Source of the DNA: Camelus dromedarius
Taxonomy: Eukaryota
Direction of reading: 5' to 3'
Length of the DNA stretch: 64,000 nt
Assembly: GCF_036321535.1 (NCBI RefSeq)
Contig: NC_087436.1
Span: forward strand, 13,888,001-13,952,000
A model generated the notes under the pieces. It was not told the origin of the DNA and made no database searches. It worked only from the letters and a program-made list of their open reading frames with translations. Positions 26,196 to 38,077 of this stretch are shown here, one piece after another (the stretch's first letter is position 1; the number at the start of each line of letters is the position of its first letter). Made by a program: the position numbers and the translations under genes.

Positions 26196-26353
26196 AAGGA
26201 GGAGGAGGAGAGGGAGAGAAAATGGGAGAGGAGGAGGAGAGAGGGGAGAAGGGAGGGAGAGGAAGTAGACAGGGAGGAGTGGGGGAGAGAGCAGGGGAGG
26301 ATGCCGGAGGAGGAAGGAGGAAGGGGGAGAAGAGGAGGCAGGAGGAGGGGAAA
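26196..26353. repeat. GGA/GAG-rich polypurine low-complexity tract
   Basis: About 160 nt almost entirely A/G on the plus strand. Confidence 0.9.
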
Positions 26354-26379
26354 ATAAATCCTAAAATCTGCGGAGAAGG

Positions 26380-27360
26380 AGACTGCATGAGCTCACCCGA
26401 TAAAACACTTAAGCCGAAGTGGTGACCTGCAAAGCTGCTACTTGCAACACCGTCCCGTCACCCCTTAGCCAGAGCAAAGCTCGGCGTTCAGGCGCAGCGC
26501 CGCCCGCTCCTTACCCACTCGGAAGATCAGGTCGTCTTCGATGGGATTCTCTTTTCGCTTTCCGGTGCTGTACATGCTGGCGGGTCTCTTCACTGCCTTC
26601 TGCTTCACATGGCCGCTGCCCGGGGACTTCACGCGCCTCTTCACGCCCTCGGTGGTGGGGGACACGTCGGCCGACCGGATCACCTTCAGCTTAAACGGGC
26701 TGCCCCGGATGTGCTGGTCGTAGAGCCGCAGGGACAGGGTGAAGTCGCCTTCCTTCTGCACGGTGTACAGGAACTCGTAGGTGCCGTTCTTGTTGTCCAG
26801 GATCTCGCCATCCGCCACGCTGCCGTCGGGCGTGCTCAGTTCCGCCGTGAGGTAGGCGTTGCCGGTCTTACACAGCTCCCCGTCTTTGTCCTTGGTCGTT
26901 ATGGTAACGGACATGGGCTGCCCGATTATGGTCTGCCGCAGCCCCTCGCCCGTGGCCACCGTCTCGGAGGCGACGGCGTTGGTGGTTAAAATCGTCCCGA
27001 GGTTGTGGATGGACTTCTTGAGCCCCTCGGTCTCCACGATGAAGTCCAGCTGGTCGTTTTCTCGCGGGTGCAGCGGGAAGTCCTGGTCCGCCAGCTCGTT
27101 CAGCTTCTCGCTCATCTGCTTCTTCACCAGCAGCACCTCCGTCTCCGTGCCATGGTTGAGGGCCTGCGCCGTGAAGTTGCTGCAGCTCTTGATGCTCTCC
27201 TGCCCCTCGAGCAGAGTGTCCAGCTGCGACTGGAGGACCTGCGGGGAAAACCGGAGAAAACCCGGGCTAGGTGCGCGCTTCCCAGGGCGCACGCTCCGCA
27301 CCTGCCCGCGCAGATGGCTCCTGGCAAGCGGTGTTCGGTTTAACACAGTGAACCCCGTCC
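26380..27360. promoter_or_regulatory. Intragenic CpG-island-like region covering exon 6
   Basis: Dense CpG and high GC extending into both flanking introns, in an otherwise AT-rich, CpG-poor window; not computed. Confidence 0.7.
26515..27238 (-). CDS. TRIM2: TRIM2 exon 6 (724 nt): VLQSQLDTLL...NPIEDDLIFRV; end of coiled coil plus filamin-type Ig domain
   Basis: Core of ORF 26465..27439(-); acceptor ccccgcag|, donor G|gtaagg; phase 0 to 1. Confidence 0.98.
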
Positions 27361-28055
27361 TAAGGCATAATCCAAAATCGCCTTCCCAGTCCTTTCTCTT
27401 TCCCTTTTCCTCCCCCACCCCCGTCTCTCCCACACACATATTTCTTGGGTCATGTGTCTTTCATAGGGGCAAGCAGAAACGTTACCACCAAGAGCTTGGC
27501 AAACAGATCGCTATGCCTGACATCTGAAATATGCATTATTCAGTATCTTTCCCTAATGTCCAAAGCTCCCCTGTCACCATTAAAGGAACAGAAACCAGAC
27601 AAATGAAAACTCCACACCTGACTATCAGAAGCTTTCATCCCTGGTTTTGTGATTGGACATGGTAAAGTCTGCAGTCAGTGTTCACTTTGAAGTTGACTAA
27701 TAGGTTGGTGTGGGTGACAGAGTAATTAAGAGACTACTAGATATTATCATTAAGGAAGGAAAACAATCCAGTTTAACCCTAAATCCTGAAAGCACTGCTT
27801 TATATTCAACCTTGCATTGTGTCACATTATAAAGTGGTACTTAAGGCCACAGAATCATAGTTTTGCTGAAAACAGGAAAGAAAAAAATAGCTGGATATGC
27901 CATTGAGTGACAACTACTATTTACTGAACAACAGTGACACTTAAGGAGCCATCTGAGTCCCCTTGGCTGCTAGGAGAACACAGTAAGCTGGCGCCAGGGA
28001 GGCCCCAGATACCGTGCCTCTTACAGGATGTCTGTAAGAACGGCTAGGGTCTTAC

Positions 28056-28236
28056 TTTGTGTTTGAGGCCATAGTTGACTTCCAGCTCCATCAGCAGCAC
28101 ACTCTTGCGCACGTTTAATGTCTTCTGGAGTTCATCAAAGGTAGAATGGATGTCATCCACAATGCTGGCCTTCTGGTTCGTTAACTGATGAATGATTTCC
28201 GAGATGAACTGAAGAGCAGAATCTATTTCTGGGAGC
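28056..28236 (-). CDS. TRIM2: TRIM2 exon 5 (181 nt): LPEIDSALQFISEIIHQLTNQKASIVDDIHSTFDELQKTLNVRKSVLLMELEVNYGLKHK; coiled coil
   Basis: Not in ORF track; translated by hand; acceptor tcctccag|G, donor AAA|gtaaga; phase 2 to 0. Confidence 0.96.
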
Positions 28237-28552
28237 CTGGAGGACAGTTGTCAAAGGTCACTATCATAGTAACATCAACACAGAAATAGTAAAAAACAAA
28301 CAAAAAACAAAACACACACAAACTATTCAAACACAGTATTTTGTCAAGAAACATTTTTTGTGGCTTTCAGCATCTTAAAGAAGTAATCACTAAAGAACAG
28401 AATGAATAAGACATGACATAATTATTGCCTCTGAGAAGAGAGATTTTGAGGGTCTTTGTCTACTTCAATCTACCTCAATTGTTTGATTTTAATAATTGAT
28501 AGCACAAAGCCTTAAAGCTCTCAGAACCCTGCAGCTCTGCCTCACACTCTAA

Positions 28553-28752
28553 TCAGGCATTCTCTAACTTGACACTATTGATATTTGGGGCCAGAGAAGT
28601 CTGTTGCAGGAGACTGTCTGTACATTATGATTTTAATAGCATCCTTTCCTCTTCCCCTCCTCCCCCCTCAACAGCTGTGACACCAAATTGTCTCCAGGCA
28701 TTGCGAATGTCCTCTGGGGGGTGTATAATCACCCATGGCTGAGAACCACTGT
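28553..28752. mobile_element. MER20-like hAT relic
   Basis: cactattgatatttggggccag...aaattgtctccaggcattgc...gagaaccactg. Confidence 0.7.
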
Positions 28753-29446
28753 TCTAAATATATAGCTGTATCTTTTTTCCCCAATCACATGAAAAACTTA
28801 TCCAAACTTAACGAGTTTCTTGGGAACTTCCTGCAAGTTTCCAAGTTCTTTTAATGAGTGCAGAATAACCACACTTTTCTCACTTCAGCTATTGGCGAAG
28901 AGATTTATTTTCAGCTGGCTGTTTATTTCCTCTCTTTGGTCTTTCTCATGCATCACACAGCTACTCTGTTCCTTCGTTTCCATGCCAAATAAAGAGCCTG
29001 GAAGTAGGGAAGCAGAAGGAAAACCGAGCGATTGCTACTCAGGAGCATTTTGCTGGGCTCCAACAGAGAGGAGCCAGTCATAGTCAGCACAATGGGCCTT
29101 TAAGTATTTCAAGAACAGTAACTAAGAAGGCCCTTCAGACCACCTGGTTTCAGGCACAAATTTCAGAGATCTCTTGAAAGCATTTTCCTTGTATGTATAT
29201 TTGAATGAATGAATGAAAATCATTTAATCATACTAAGGTACTAAAAGCAAAGCCACCATTCGTAACAAAAGGGGGTTAGAATTTTACCATGGGGCAGGGG
29301 AGGACCTTCATCACCCACTAATTTATGAAGACAGACCTATGATCAAAGGAGAATTTATTTAGGCGACATGAACCTACTGTCTCACTGGGACATGAGACCC
29401 TGAGGCCACGGGCGGCCAGCTGGGAGCCTGGGGGAGGTGTGCACAC

Positions 29447-29598
29447 CTTTTGTTGACAGCATCCAGCTGGACCTGGAGTGAGGCCTTGTGCTGCTCCACC
29501 ACGTCCTTGAGGGGGACTGTGGGGTGTTCCGCGTGCTCCCCCTCTGTGCACTCCCGACACATGGCAGTCTCGCAAGACTGGCAGTAAAAGTCCATCAC
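29447..29598 (-). CDS. TRIM2: TRIM2 exon 4 (152 nt): [52 protein letters not shown]-box2, start of coiled coil
   Basis: Within ORF 29374..29670(-); acceptor ccccacag|, donor AG|gtgtgc; phase 0 to 2. Confidence 0.97.
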
Positions 29599-29685
29599 CT
29601 GTGGGGAACACAAGAGCAATTCTAGGTTCAGTGCCACTGACTGAGTGCTTACTATGCACAAGGGCTTCACCTACATTCTCTCATT

Positions 29686-29933
29686 AAAAAACAATTTTTT
29701 TTAAGGGGAGGGTACAGCTTAGAGGTAGAGTGCATGCTTAGCATGCACAAGGTCCTGGGTTCAGTCCCAGTACCTCTATTAAAAAAATTAATTAAAAAAA
29801 TAAATAAACTTAATTACCTCCTCCTCCCGCTAAAAAAAAATTTTTTTTTCCCTTAACAGAGGCACTGGAGACTGAACCCAGGACCTTGTGCACGCCAAGC
29901 ACTTGCTCCAACCTTGAGCTATACCTTCCACCC
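29686..29933. mobile_element. Nested pair of Vic-1-like SINEs: outer on minus strand, inner on plus strand (29705-~29840)
   Basis: 12-bp TSD cattctctcatt at 29674-29685 and 29934-29945; plus head 29705-29777, minus head 29858-29933. Confidence 0.88.
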
Positions 29934-30061
29934 CATTCTCTCATTTAATTCTCACAGCCTCCCCAGGATGTAAGCAATATTATATCCAGTTTCACAGAAG
30001 AAAAGGAAAGATAAATTTTTAAGTGTCAGTTCTCAAACACAGACAGATTGGACTTCAAATA

Positions 30062-30530
30062 CCCTTTAAAAATTATTGAGGACTCCAAATGCTTTTTGTT
30101 TATATAACAAAAAGATATTTATCATATTAAAAATGGAAACTGAGAAACATTCAAAATATTTATTAATTACAAATAAAAATAAGCCAATTAAATGTGAACA
30201 TGAATAGTATAATTTCTGAAAAATATATTTTGCAAAGTGAAAAAAAGTGTGTGAGGAGAATGGCATTGTTTTCCATATTTGTCAGCCTCTTCAGTGTCTG
30301 GCTGAACAAAAGGCAGCTGATTCTCTTATCTGTTTCTGCATTCAATCTGTTTTGACAGCACACATACAGTCTCTAGAAAATGCCACTGTACACTCCTGAG
30401 AGATTGAGGGTAAAAAAAGGCAAATAATGTTTTAGTATTATTACAAATATAGTTTTGACCTTGTGGACCCTCTGAAAGGGTCTGGGGACCCATGAGAGTT
30501 CCTAGATTGCACCTTGAGAATTGCTACTGT
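30062..30530. mobile_element. hAT-Charlie-like relic
   Basis: tttaaaaattattgaggac...atagttttgaccttgtggaccc...tgagaattgct. Confidence 0.55.
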
Positions 30531-31189
30531 TTGGATAAGAGACGAGCTGGTCAGAGCAGTCTGCATCCTGGTTCCACCACTTACGTGACCTCAGCATGTC
30601 TCAATTTTCCCTCTGCTGAATGGAAACAATCAGGTAACCTACTAACCTACTTCACAGGGCTTCTACGAGGATTCGGTAGATGAATATGCACAAAGAACTC
30701 AGATGATACCTGGCACTGGCACAGAGTAAGTTCTTAGTAAGTAGTAGCAATGATGATGACAATGATGATCATATTTGCTTACCTGAAAATAAAACCACCT
30801 TATCTTGATATGATGAACTCTCAGTAATAATATAACATAAAGCCTGAAAGTTGGTTTCCTTGTGAAGACATTCCTCTTACTCTCTCAGCTGGAAATAAAT
30901 TCTTTCAATATTGAATTCCCAGAGTACTTTTTCAGGGGGATCTTTTTCTTGAAGTATAGCACACATACAGAAAATGTCACAAATCTTAAGACAGATTGAT
31001 GGATTTTCCCAAAGTGAATGCACCCACCAAAGCAATTTTATTCATACCTCATTTATTTCAAATTATTGAGCACTGAAATTCTCTCATCCAGAGCCTAGGT
31101 AACCCCTTGCACATAGTAGGTATATAATAACACTGCTGAATGAGTGAACTGTATGTGTTTCTAAGAGACTCACAACCTATCTAGAGTAT

Positions 31190-34100
31190 AAATAGGCTGA
31201 AAGTAAAAAGATAGAAAAAGATACTCCATGCAAATAGTAACCAAAAGAGAGCTGGAGTGGCTATTCCAACATGAGATAAAACAGACATTAAGAGAAAAGT
31301 TGCTATAGAAGACAAAAAAGGACATTATCAGCTATACTTCAATAAAAAAGGAACTTATATAATGATAAAATGGTTAATCCATCAAGAAGATATAACAAAT
31401 ATTAACAAATATGAACCCAACAACAAAGTCCCAAAATATATGAAGCAAAAACTGACAGAATTGAAGGGAGAAATGGACAGTTCAATAATAGCAGTTGGAG
31501 ATTTCAATATTCCACTTTTAATAACAACAGCAGTATTAGAAGGTCAATAAAGACACAGAAAACTGGAACATTATAAACCAACTGGACTTAACACACCTAC
31601 ATACAACACTCCATTCAATAATAGAAAACACATTTTTGTCAAGGACACATGGAACATTTTCCAGAATAGACCATATGTTAGGTCACAAAAGTCTCAATAC
31701 ATTTAAAAAGACTGAAGTCATAAAAAGTATCTCCTCTGGCTACAATGGAATGAAATTAGAAATCAATAACAGATGGAGATCTGGAAAATTAACAAATATA
31801 TGGGAATTAAATAACATACTCTTAAACAATGAGTCAAAGTAGAAATTACAAGGGAAATTGGAAAGTACTTTGAGATGAATAAAAATAACACAACATATCA
31901 AAGCTTATAAGAGACAGTGCTCAGAGCAAAATATATAGTTGTAAATGTCCACATCAAAAAAGATCTCAAATCAATAACCTAAGCTTCCACCTTAAGGAAC
32001 GAGAAAAAGAACAAACTAAACCCAAAGCATGCAGAAGAAAGGAAATAAAGATTAGAGTGGAGATCAATAAAGTGGAGAATAGAAAAACAGAATAAGAGAG
32101 AATGAAACCAAAAGTTGGTTCTTTGTAAAGATCAATAAAATTGACAAGTAGAATTCAATGAACGCTTGTATGCCAACAAATCAAATAACCTAGATAAAGT
32201 GTATAAATTCCTACAAACACACAAACTACCTCAAACTGACTCAAAGAAGAAATGGAAAATCTGAATAGGTCTATAATAACTAAAGAGACGAATCAATGTT
32301 CAAAAAACTTCCAACAAAGAAAAGCCCACAGCGAGATGGCTTCACTGGTGAATTTTATCAAACATTTAAAGAAAAATTAGCACCAGTCCTTCCAAACTCT
32401 CCAAAAAATAGAAGAGGAGGGAACATTTCCTAATTCATTCTATTAGGCCAGTAATATACTGACATCAGAGCCAAAGACATCCTAAGAAAAGAAAATTCCA
32501 GATTAATATCCCTTATGAATACAGGTGCAAAAATCCTTAACAAAATACTAATAAGCTGAATCCAGCTGCATATTAAAAGAACTATACACCATGACCAAGT
32601 GGGATTTATTCCAGGAATGCGACAGTGGTCCACATACAAAAATCAATTATATGTAGTGTACCACACTAATAGAATGAAGAGGGGAAAACCACACTCTCAT
32701 CTCAGTGAATGCAGACAAAGCATTTGACAATATCCAACACCCTTTCATGATTAAAGACACTTATCAAATTAGAAATAGAAGGAAACTTCCTCAAAAAACT
32801 TCTACCAAAACCCATAGCTTACTTAATGATGACCCACTAGGCTCATGAACAAGACAAGGACATCCATTCTTGCCAATTCTATTCAACAATATACCAGACG
32901 TTCTAGTCAGAGCATTTAGGCAAGAAAAAGAAATAAAATGCATCCAAATTGGAAAGGAAGAAGTAAGAATGACTCTATTCAGGGATGACATGATTTAATA
33001 TATGTAAAATCCCCCAAAATACAAACACACACACACAATTAGAAGCAATAAAATCAGCAGAATTGTAGGATACAGGATTAACAAACAAAAATCAGTTATA
33101 TTTCTATACACTATCAACGAACAATACAAAAATGAATTAAGAAAACAACTCCATTTACAATAGCATCCAAAAGAATATAAAATACTTAAAGAATAAATTT
33201 AACCAAGAAGGTGTAAGACTTTTACACTGAAAACTACAAAACCATTGTTGAAAGAAATTAAAGAACACCTAATAATGGAAATAAATGGATAGATACCCCA
33301 TGCTCAGGAACTGGAAGACTTAGTATGTTAAAAGGGCAACATTTCTCAAATTGATTTATAGATTCAGTGAAACATCTATCAAAATTCCACTGCCCTCTTT
33401 CACAGAAATGAACAAGCTAGTCCTAAAATTCATACAGAATTACACTGGGACCCTGAATAGCTAAAGTAATCTTTACACAGAAGAAGCTTTTTTTAAAAAA
33501 AAGTCTATTTTTATATATAGTGGCTAACATTTGTAAATCTCAAACTCCCAAATTTATCCCTTCCCACCCCGTTTCCCAGGTAACCATAAGATTGTTTACT
33601 ATCTCTGCGAGTCTGTTTCTGTTTTGTATATGAGTTCATAATGTCTTAAAACAATCTTTAAAAAGAACACCAAAATTGGAAGCCTCACACTTCCAAATTT
33701 CAAAACTTATGATCAAACTAGAGTAATCAAAATTTTGTGTTACCAGGATAAAAACAGGCACATAGATCAATGGAATAGAATTGAGAGTCCAGAAATAAAA
33801 CCATACATTTATGGTCAACTGATTCTTGACAAAGATACCAAGGGCGGGGGAAAGAGTCCTTTCAACAAATGATGTCAAGACCACCAGATATCTACAATGT
33901 AAACGAGTTAAGTCGAAACCTTACCTCACTCCATATATAAAAATTAACTCAAAATAGATTTAACGACCTAAATGTAACAGCTAAAACTATAAAAATCCTA
34001 GGAAAAAATTATAGGGGTAAAAGTACATGACCTTAGATTGGGCAATGGATTCCTAGATATGACACCAAAAAGACAAGCAAATAAAGAAAAAAAATAGATA

Positions 34101-35105
34101 AATTGGACTTTACCAATTTAAAAACTTGAGCATCAAACAGCACTACCAGGAGAGAGAAAAGAATGGGAAAAATATTTCCTAGTCATACATTTGATGATGA
34201 TGTCGTACCCAGAACATATAGAACCCCTACAACTCAAGAACCCAATTCAAAAACTGGCAAAAGAATTGAATAGACATTTCTCCAAAGAGGATAAATAAAT
34301 GGCCAATTTGCAAAGGAAAATATTTTCAACATCATTAGTCACTGGGAAAAAAACAAATCCAAACCTCAATGAGACACTACTTCCCACCAATTAGGATAGC
34401 CAGACTCAAAAATGAGACAATAACAAGTGCTGATGAGAATGTGGAAAAATAGGAACGCTCATACTTTGCTGGCGGGAATGTAAAGTGGTGTAGCTGCTGT
34501 CAAATCAGTTGGTGGTTCTTCGAAGGTAAACATTACCATATGACCCAGCAATTCCACCCGTAGCTATAAACCCAAGAGAACTGAAAACATATGTCCACAC
34601 AAAAACTGCACATGAATGTTCATAGCATCATTATTCATAATAGCCAAAAAGTGGAAACAACCTAAATATCCATCAACTCATGGATGGATAAGCAAATTGT
34701 GGTATACCTGGATGATGAATATTATTTAGCCATAAAAAAGGAATCAAGTTCGGAAATATGCTACAATGTAGATGAACCCTGCAAACACTATGCTGAGTGA
34801 TAGAAGCCAGATTCAGAAGGCGACATATTGTAGGATTCCATTTATATCAAATGTCCACAATGGACAAATCCATAGAGACCAAGTGGACTGGTGGGTGCCA
34901 GAGTGGGGGCTGGGAGAAGGGGATGAGGAGTGGCTGCTTAGTGGATATGGAGTTTCCTTGCGGGATAATGAAAAACTTTAGGAATTAGATAGTGGTGGTG
35001 TTGGCATAACCTTTTGAATATATTAAAAGCCACTGAATTGTACACTTTAAAATGGTTAAAATGTTAAATGTTTTGTTACAAATTGAAGTGAGTTTTACTT
35101 CAATT
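31190..35105 (+). mobile_element. Decayed ~3.9-kb L1 (L1MB-like): endonuclease through RT to 3' UTR, with internal deletions
   Basis: IHQEDIT..VGDFN and HGTFSRIDHMLGHK (APE endonuclease motifs); RT-like HDQVGFIPGM region; frameshifted. Confidence 0.92.
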
Positions 35106-35115
35106 TAAAAAATTG

Positions 35116-35240
35116 GGGGGAGGGTATAGCTCAGTGGTAGAGTGCATGCTTAGCATGCACAAGGTCCTGGGTTCAATCCCCAGTACCTCCATTAAAAAAT
35201 AAATAAACATAATTACCAACACCCCCCAAAATTAAAAAAA
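35116..35240 (+). mobile_element. Vic-1-like SINE inserted at the L1 3' end
   Basis: Near-consensus head, TSD aaaaaattg. Confidence 0.9.
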
Positions 35241-37734
35241 AAAAATTGATTGCACGTTTGAAGAGACAGCAGCCGACCTGGGTAATTGCCCCTGGTTCAG
35301 TATCCCAAGTGTTTCTTGGGAAGCAAAAGCCCTGGAACTATTCTGAAGCGTCAACAACTCGTCATTCTCAAATGCTTGTGCTTGGGTTCTGACAGCTTTG
35401 ACTCCAGCTGAGATTTAATTGTGTGAGGTGTGAGGCTCAGCTGAGCTCATCCATCTCCGATGAGCTGATGTGGGTGCTCCCAGGGGTGGGGGGGCCAGAG
35501 GCCAGGATGAGCTTATCCTTGTTGACAGGTAGTCACCATCTGTGTTTGTTAAGAGAGAAGATGCTAGAAAGGATGCTCAGGGCCTCGCAGCCAACCCCAA
35601 GGCTTCTGGGAGTGGGAACTGGTGAGTGGCAGGGCATTCTTAATGAGGATTTAAGGTTTGCACCTCTTAACATCCTTGTTAGTGAGGAGCCTAAGGAACC
35701 AACAACAGGGCTTAATGATCATTTGTGTTCTGGGACGAGGCATGAGCTCAAATGTCTGCTTTAAGTGCAGAGAACCTCTTAAATCACTGACCGTTATTCC
35801 CATTTTTCTTTGTATTTGAACAATGCAGCCGTGGCAGTTTAATTAGAACACAGATAGTGTCACAGCACTTAAAGTAAATGACAGGCTTTCCTCCACATGT
35901 GCTAATCAGCACCAGGCAGTTTATGACGGCAACATCCTGCTTTACTGTTAATTACCCAATTTTATTAACCTTCTGATGCTTGAATTGTTTTTAAAGATTT
36001 ACCCATGGCAATTAACTGCAGCAATTTATCCGTAATATTGCATGCATTTGGCTTGAATATGCAATGAGGACCCCTGTTTCAAAGCAGCAGCAGTGAATTC
36101 CTACAATCTATGGTGAAGCAATTGAATGATGCAAGACATGCAGTTAATTTTCCAAGGCCTCTTCCTGGTTTATAAGCTTTATGATTCCAAAGAATCAGAA
36201 CGACCCAGCATAGAGAAAGTGCTCAAAACATACTTTAAAATAGCTTCATTCACCTCCAGGAGGATCCAATCTTTAAATAGAGTTAATTTTTAATGTGATT
36301 TAATGCAGTATGTTTGATAGACAAGGGAAAGGTTTAACCTAAAGGCTTTAACTTTGCTGGAATCAGCATCTCTGAGAGTGTTCTGTTTAGAAGCCCATGG
36401 TATCCAAGGGTCTCCGTGCCCAGAGATGCTCAGGAAATACATCTTCAGGAATTCTTTGTGAAGCTTAACATCTTTTCTCATATGATTATCAGCCATTTTT
36501 ATACCACCTGTGAATTTTTTAAGTTCTATGCTCATTTTCTTTCGTGATGTTCATATACTTAATTTCTAAGTAAGCACCCTTATACAGTAAAAATGTACTG
36601 GGGTATTTTAAATAAGAATTTCACAGCTACTTTCATAAACTGAATGATTCGTAGTTTTCTTCTTCTTCTGTCGTCACTAGATTTTGGTGCCCGAGTCATG
36701 AGTGTACCACAGGTGAATTTGGGGCTTAACTTCACTTACGGTCCAGAAGTGTAGATACCATGAATCATACCTGTTCCATACAGGCTTGAAGGTATTCAGT
36801 TTTAAATTAACTTTTACCAGTTTCTCTCAAGATTATAGGTCTACTTGGATTTTCTTGATCATTTGTAGTTTCTTAATCATTCACTTCATTCAGCCTTCAT
36901 TAGCCTTTAGCACAGAGAACTAATTTTAAAATCTTTTTATCTGTGCTAATATCTCTTTATTAGCCCTAATCTGACTTATATATTTACCCTTTGTTGCTTT
37001 ATCAGATGTCAGGTTATTTAATTAATTTTTAAAAATTCAGCTCTTGGATTTATTCATCAACTCAACTGTTTCATTATTTTCAAATTCTCCAAAGTTGTCT
37101 TTATTCTTTTTGTGTTCCATATATTTATTTTATTGTCCTTTTCCTCATTTCTAGAAATGCACTCTTTTTAAATAACAGAAAATACTTAAACCTATAAAAT
37201 TTCTTGAGTACAGATTTGACTTTATCTTACACATTTAATAAAGTTTCCACTTACACTATTTTGTAAATAATCTTAATTTTACTAATTTTCTTTGATTAAA
37301 TAATTATAAGCTTAAAAAAGATTTGGGGTTTCTTCTATAACATATGGTCCTAGTATAACTTTATTGCATTGTGGTGCAGAAACTTGGTCTACACAATGCG
37401 AAAATACAGTGAATTTTTTTTAATCCTATTAGATGATCAACTTGAATTGCTCAAAGTCTTCATAGCTTGGTTCAACAGATTTTAGTATATGCCTTTTTAT
37501 TTGTGGGGGGCAGATTCTCAAGTGAAACAGTACTCTCCTCTCTAAAATTCATCCTTCCTTCTCCAAGTCCATTGATGAAATTTTCATTCTAGCTCTTACC
37601 ATCTCTCATTTGGCCAACTCAATACTAAACTCAGAACTGGTGTTGCAGCCTCCAGTCTCAGCTATTCTATTCCTCCATAATGCCACTAAAATACTCACCT
37701 CCTGCTTAAAAGGTTTTATTTTTATTTTCAAGAA

Positions 37735-38077
37735 TTTTTTATTAACATATAGTCAGTTTACGATGTGTCAATTTCTGGTGTATAGCATCATGTTTCAGTC
37801 ATACATATACATACATATATTCCTTTTCCTATTCTTTTTCATTATAGGTTATTACAAGATATTGAATACAGTTCCCTTGCTACACAGTAGAAACTTGTTG
37901 TTTATCTATTTTATATATAGTAGTTAGTATCTGCAAATCTCAAACTCCCAATTTATCCCTTCCCACCCCCTTACCCCCTGGTAATCATAAATGTGTTTTC
38001 TATGTCTGTGAGTTTGTTTCTGTTTTGTAAATAAGTTCATTTGTATCATTTTTTTTTAGATCTCACAAATAAGTGAT
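37735..38077 (-). mobile_element. Lineage-type L1 3' UTR fragment
   Basis: Similar to 24-472; T-rich tail on plus strand. Confidence 0.82.

Noticed and set aside
25995..26425. E/R/G-rich and P/S-rich ORFs
   Set aside because: Translations of the polypurine low-complexity tract.
27239..27439. N-terminal part of the 324-aa ORF
   Set aside because: Intronic read-through upstream of the exon 6 acceptor; TRIM2 similarity starts at VLQSQL.
26541..27527. Plus-strand ORFs of 222, 126, 112 and 60 aa antisense to exon 6
   Set aside because: Shadow ORFs expected from GC3-rich coding sequence; no recognisable protein family.
31362..33884. Endonuclease and reverse-transcriptase-like ORF fragments as a novel RT system
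   Set aside because: Frameshifted, deleted L1 ORF2 relic.
35116..35192. tRNA-Ala(AGC)-like gene, and the ~13 similar copies
   Set aside because: Followed by a SINE-specific tail, A-run and TSDs; acceptor stem mismatched. These are SINE heads, not tRNA genes.
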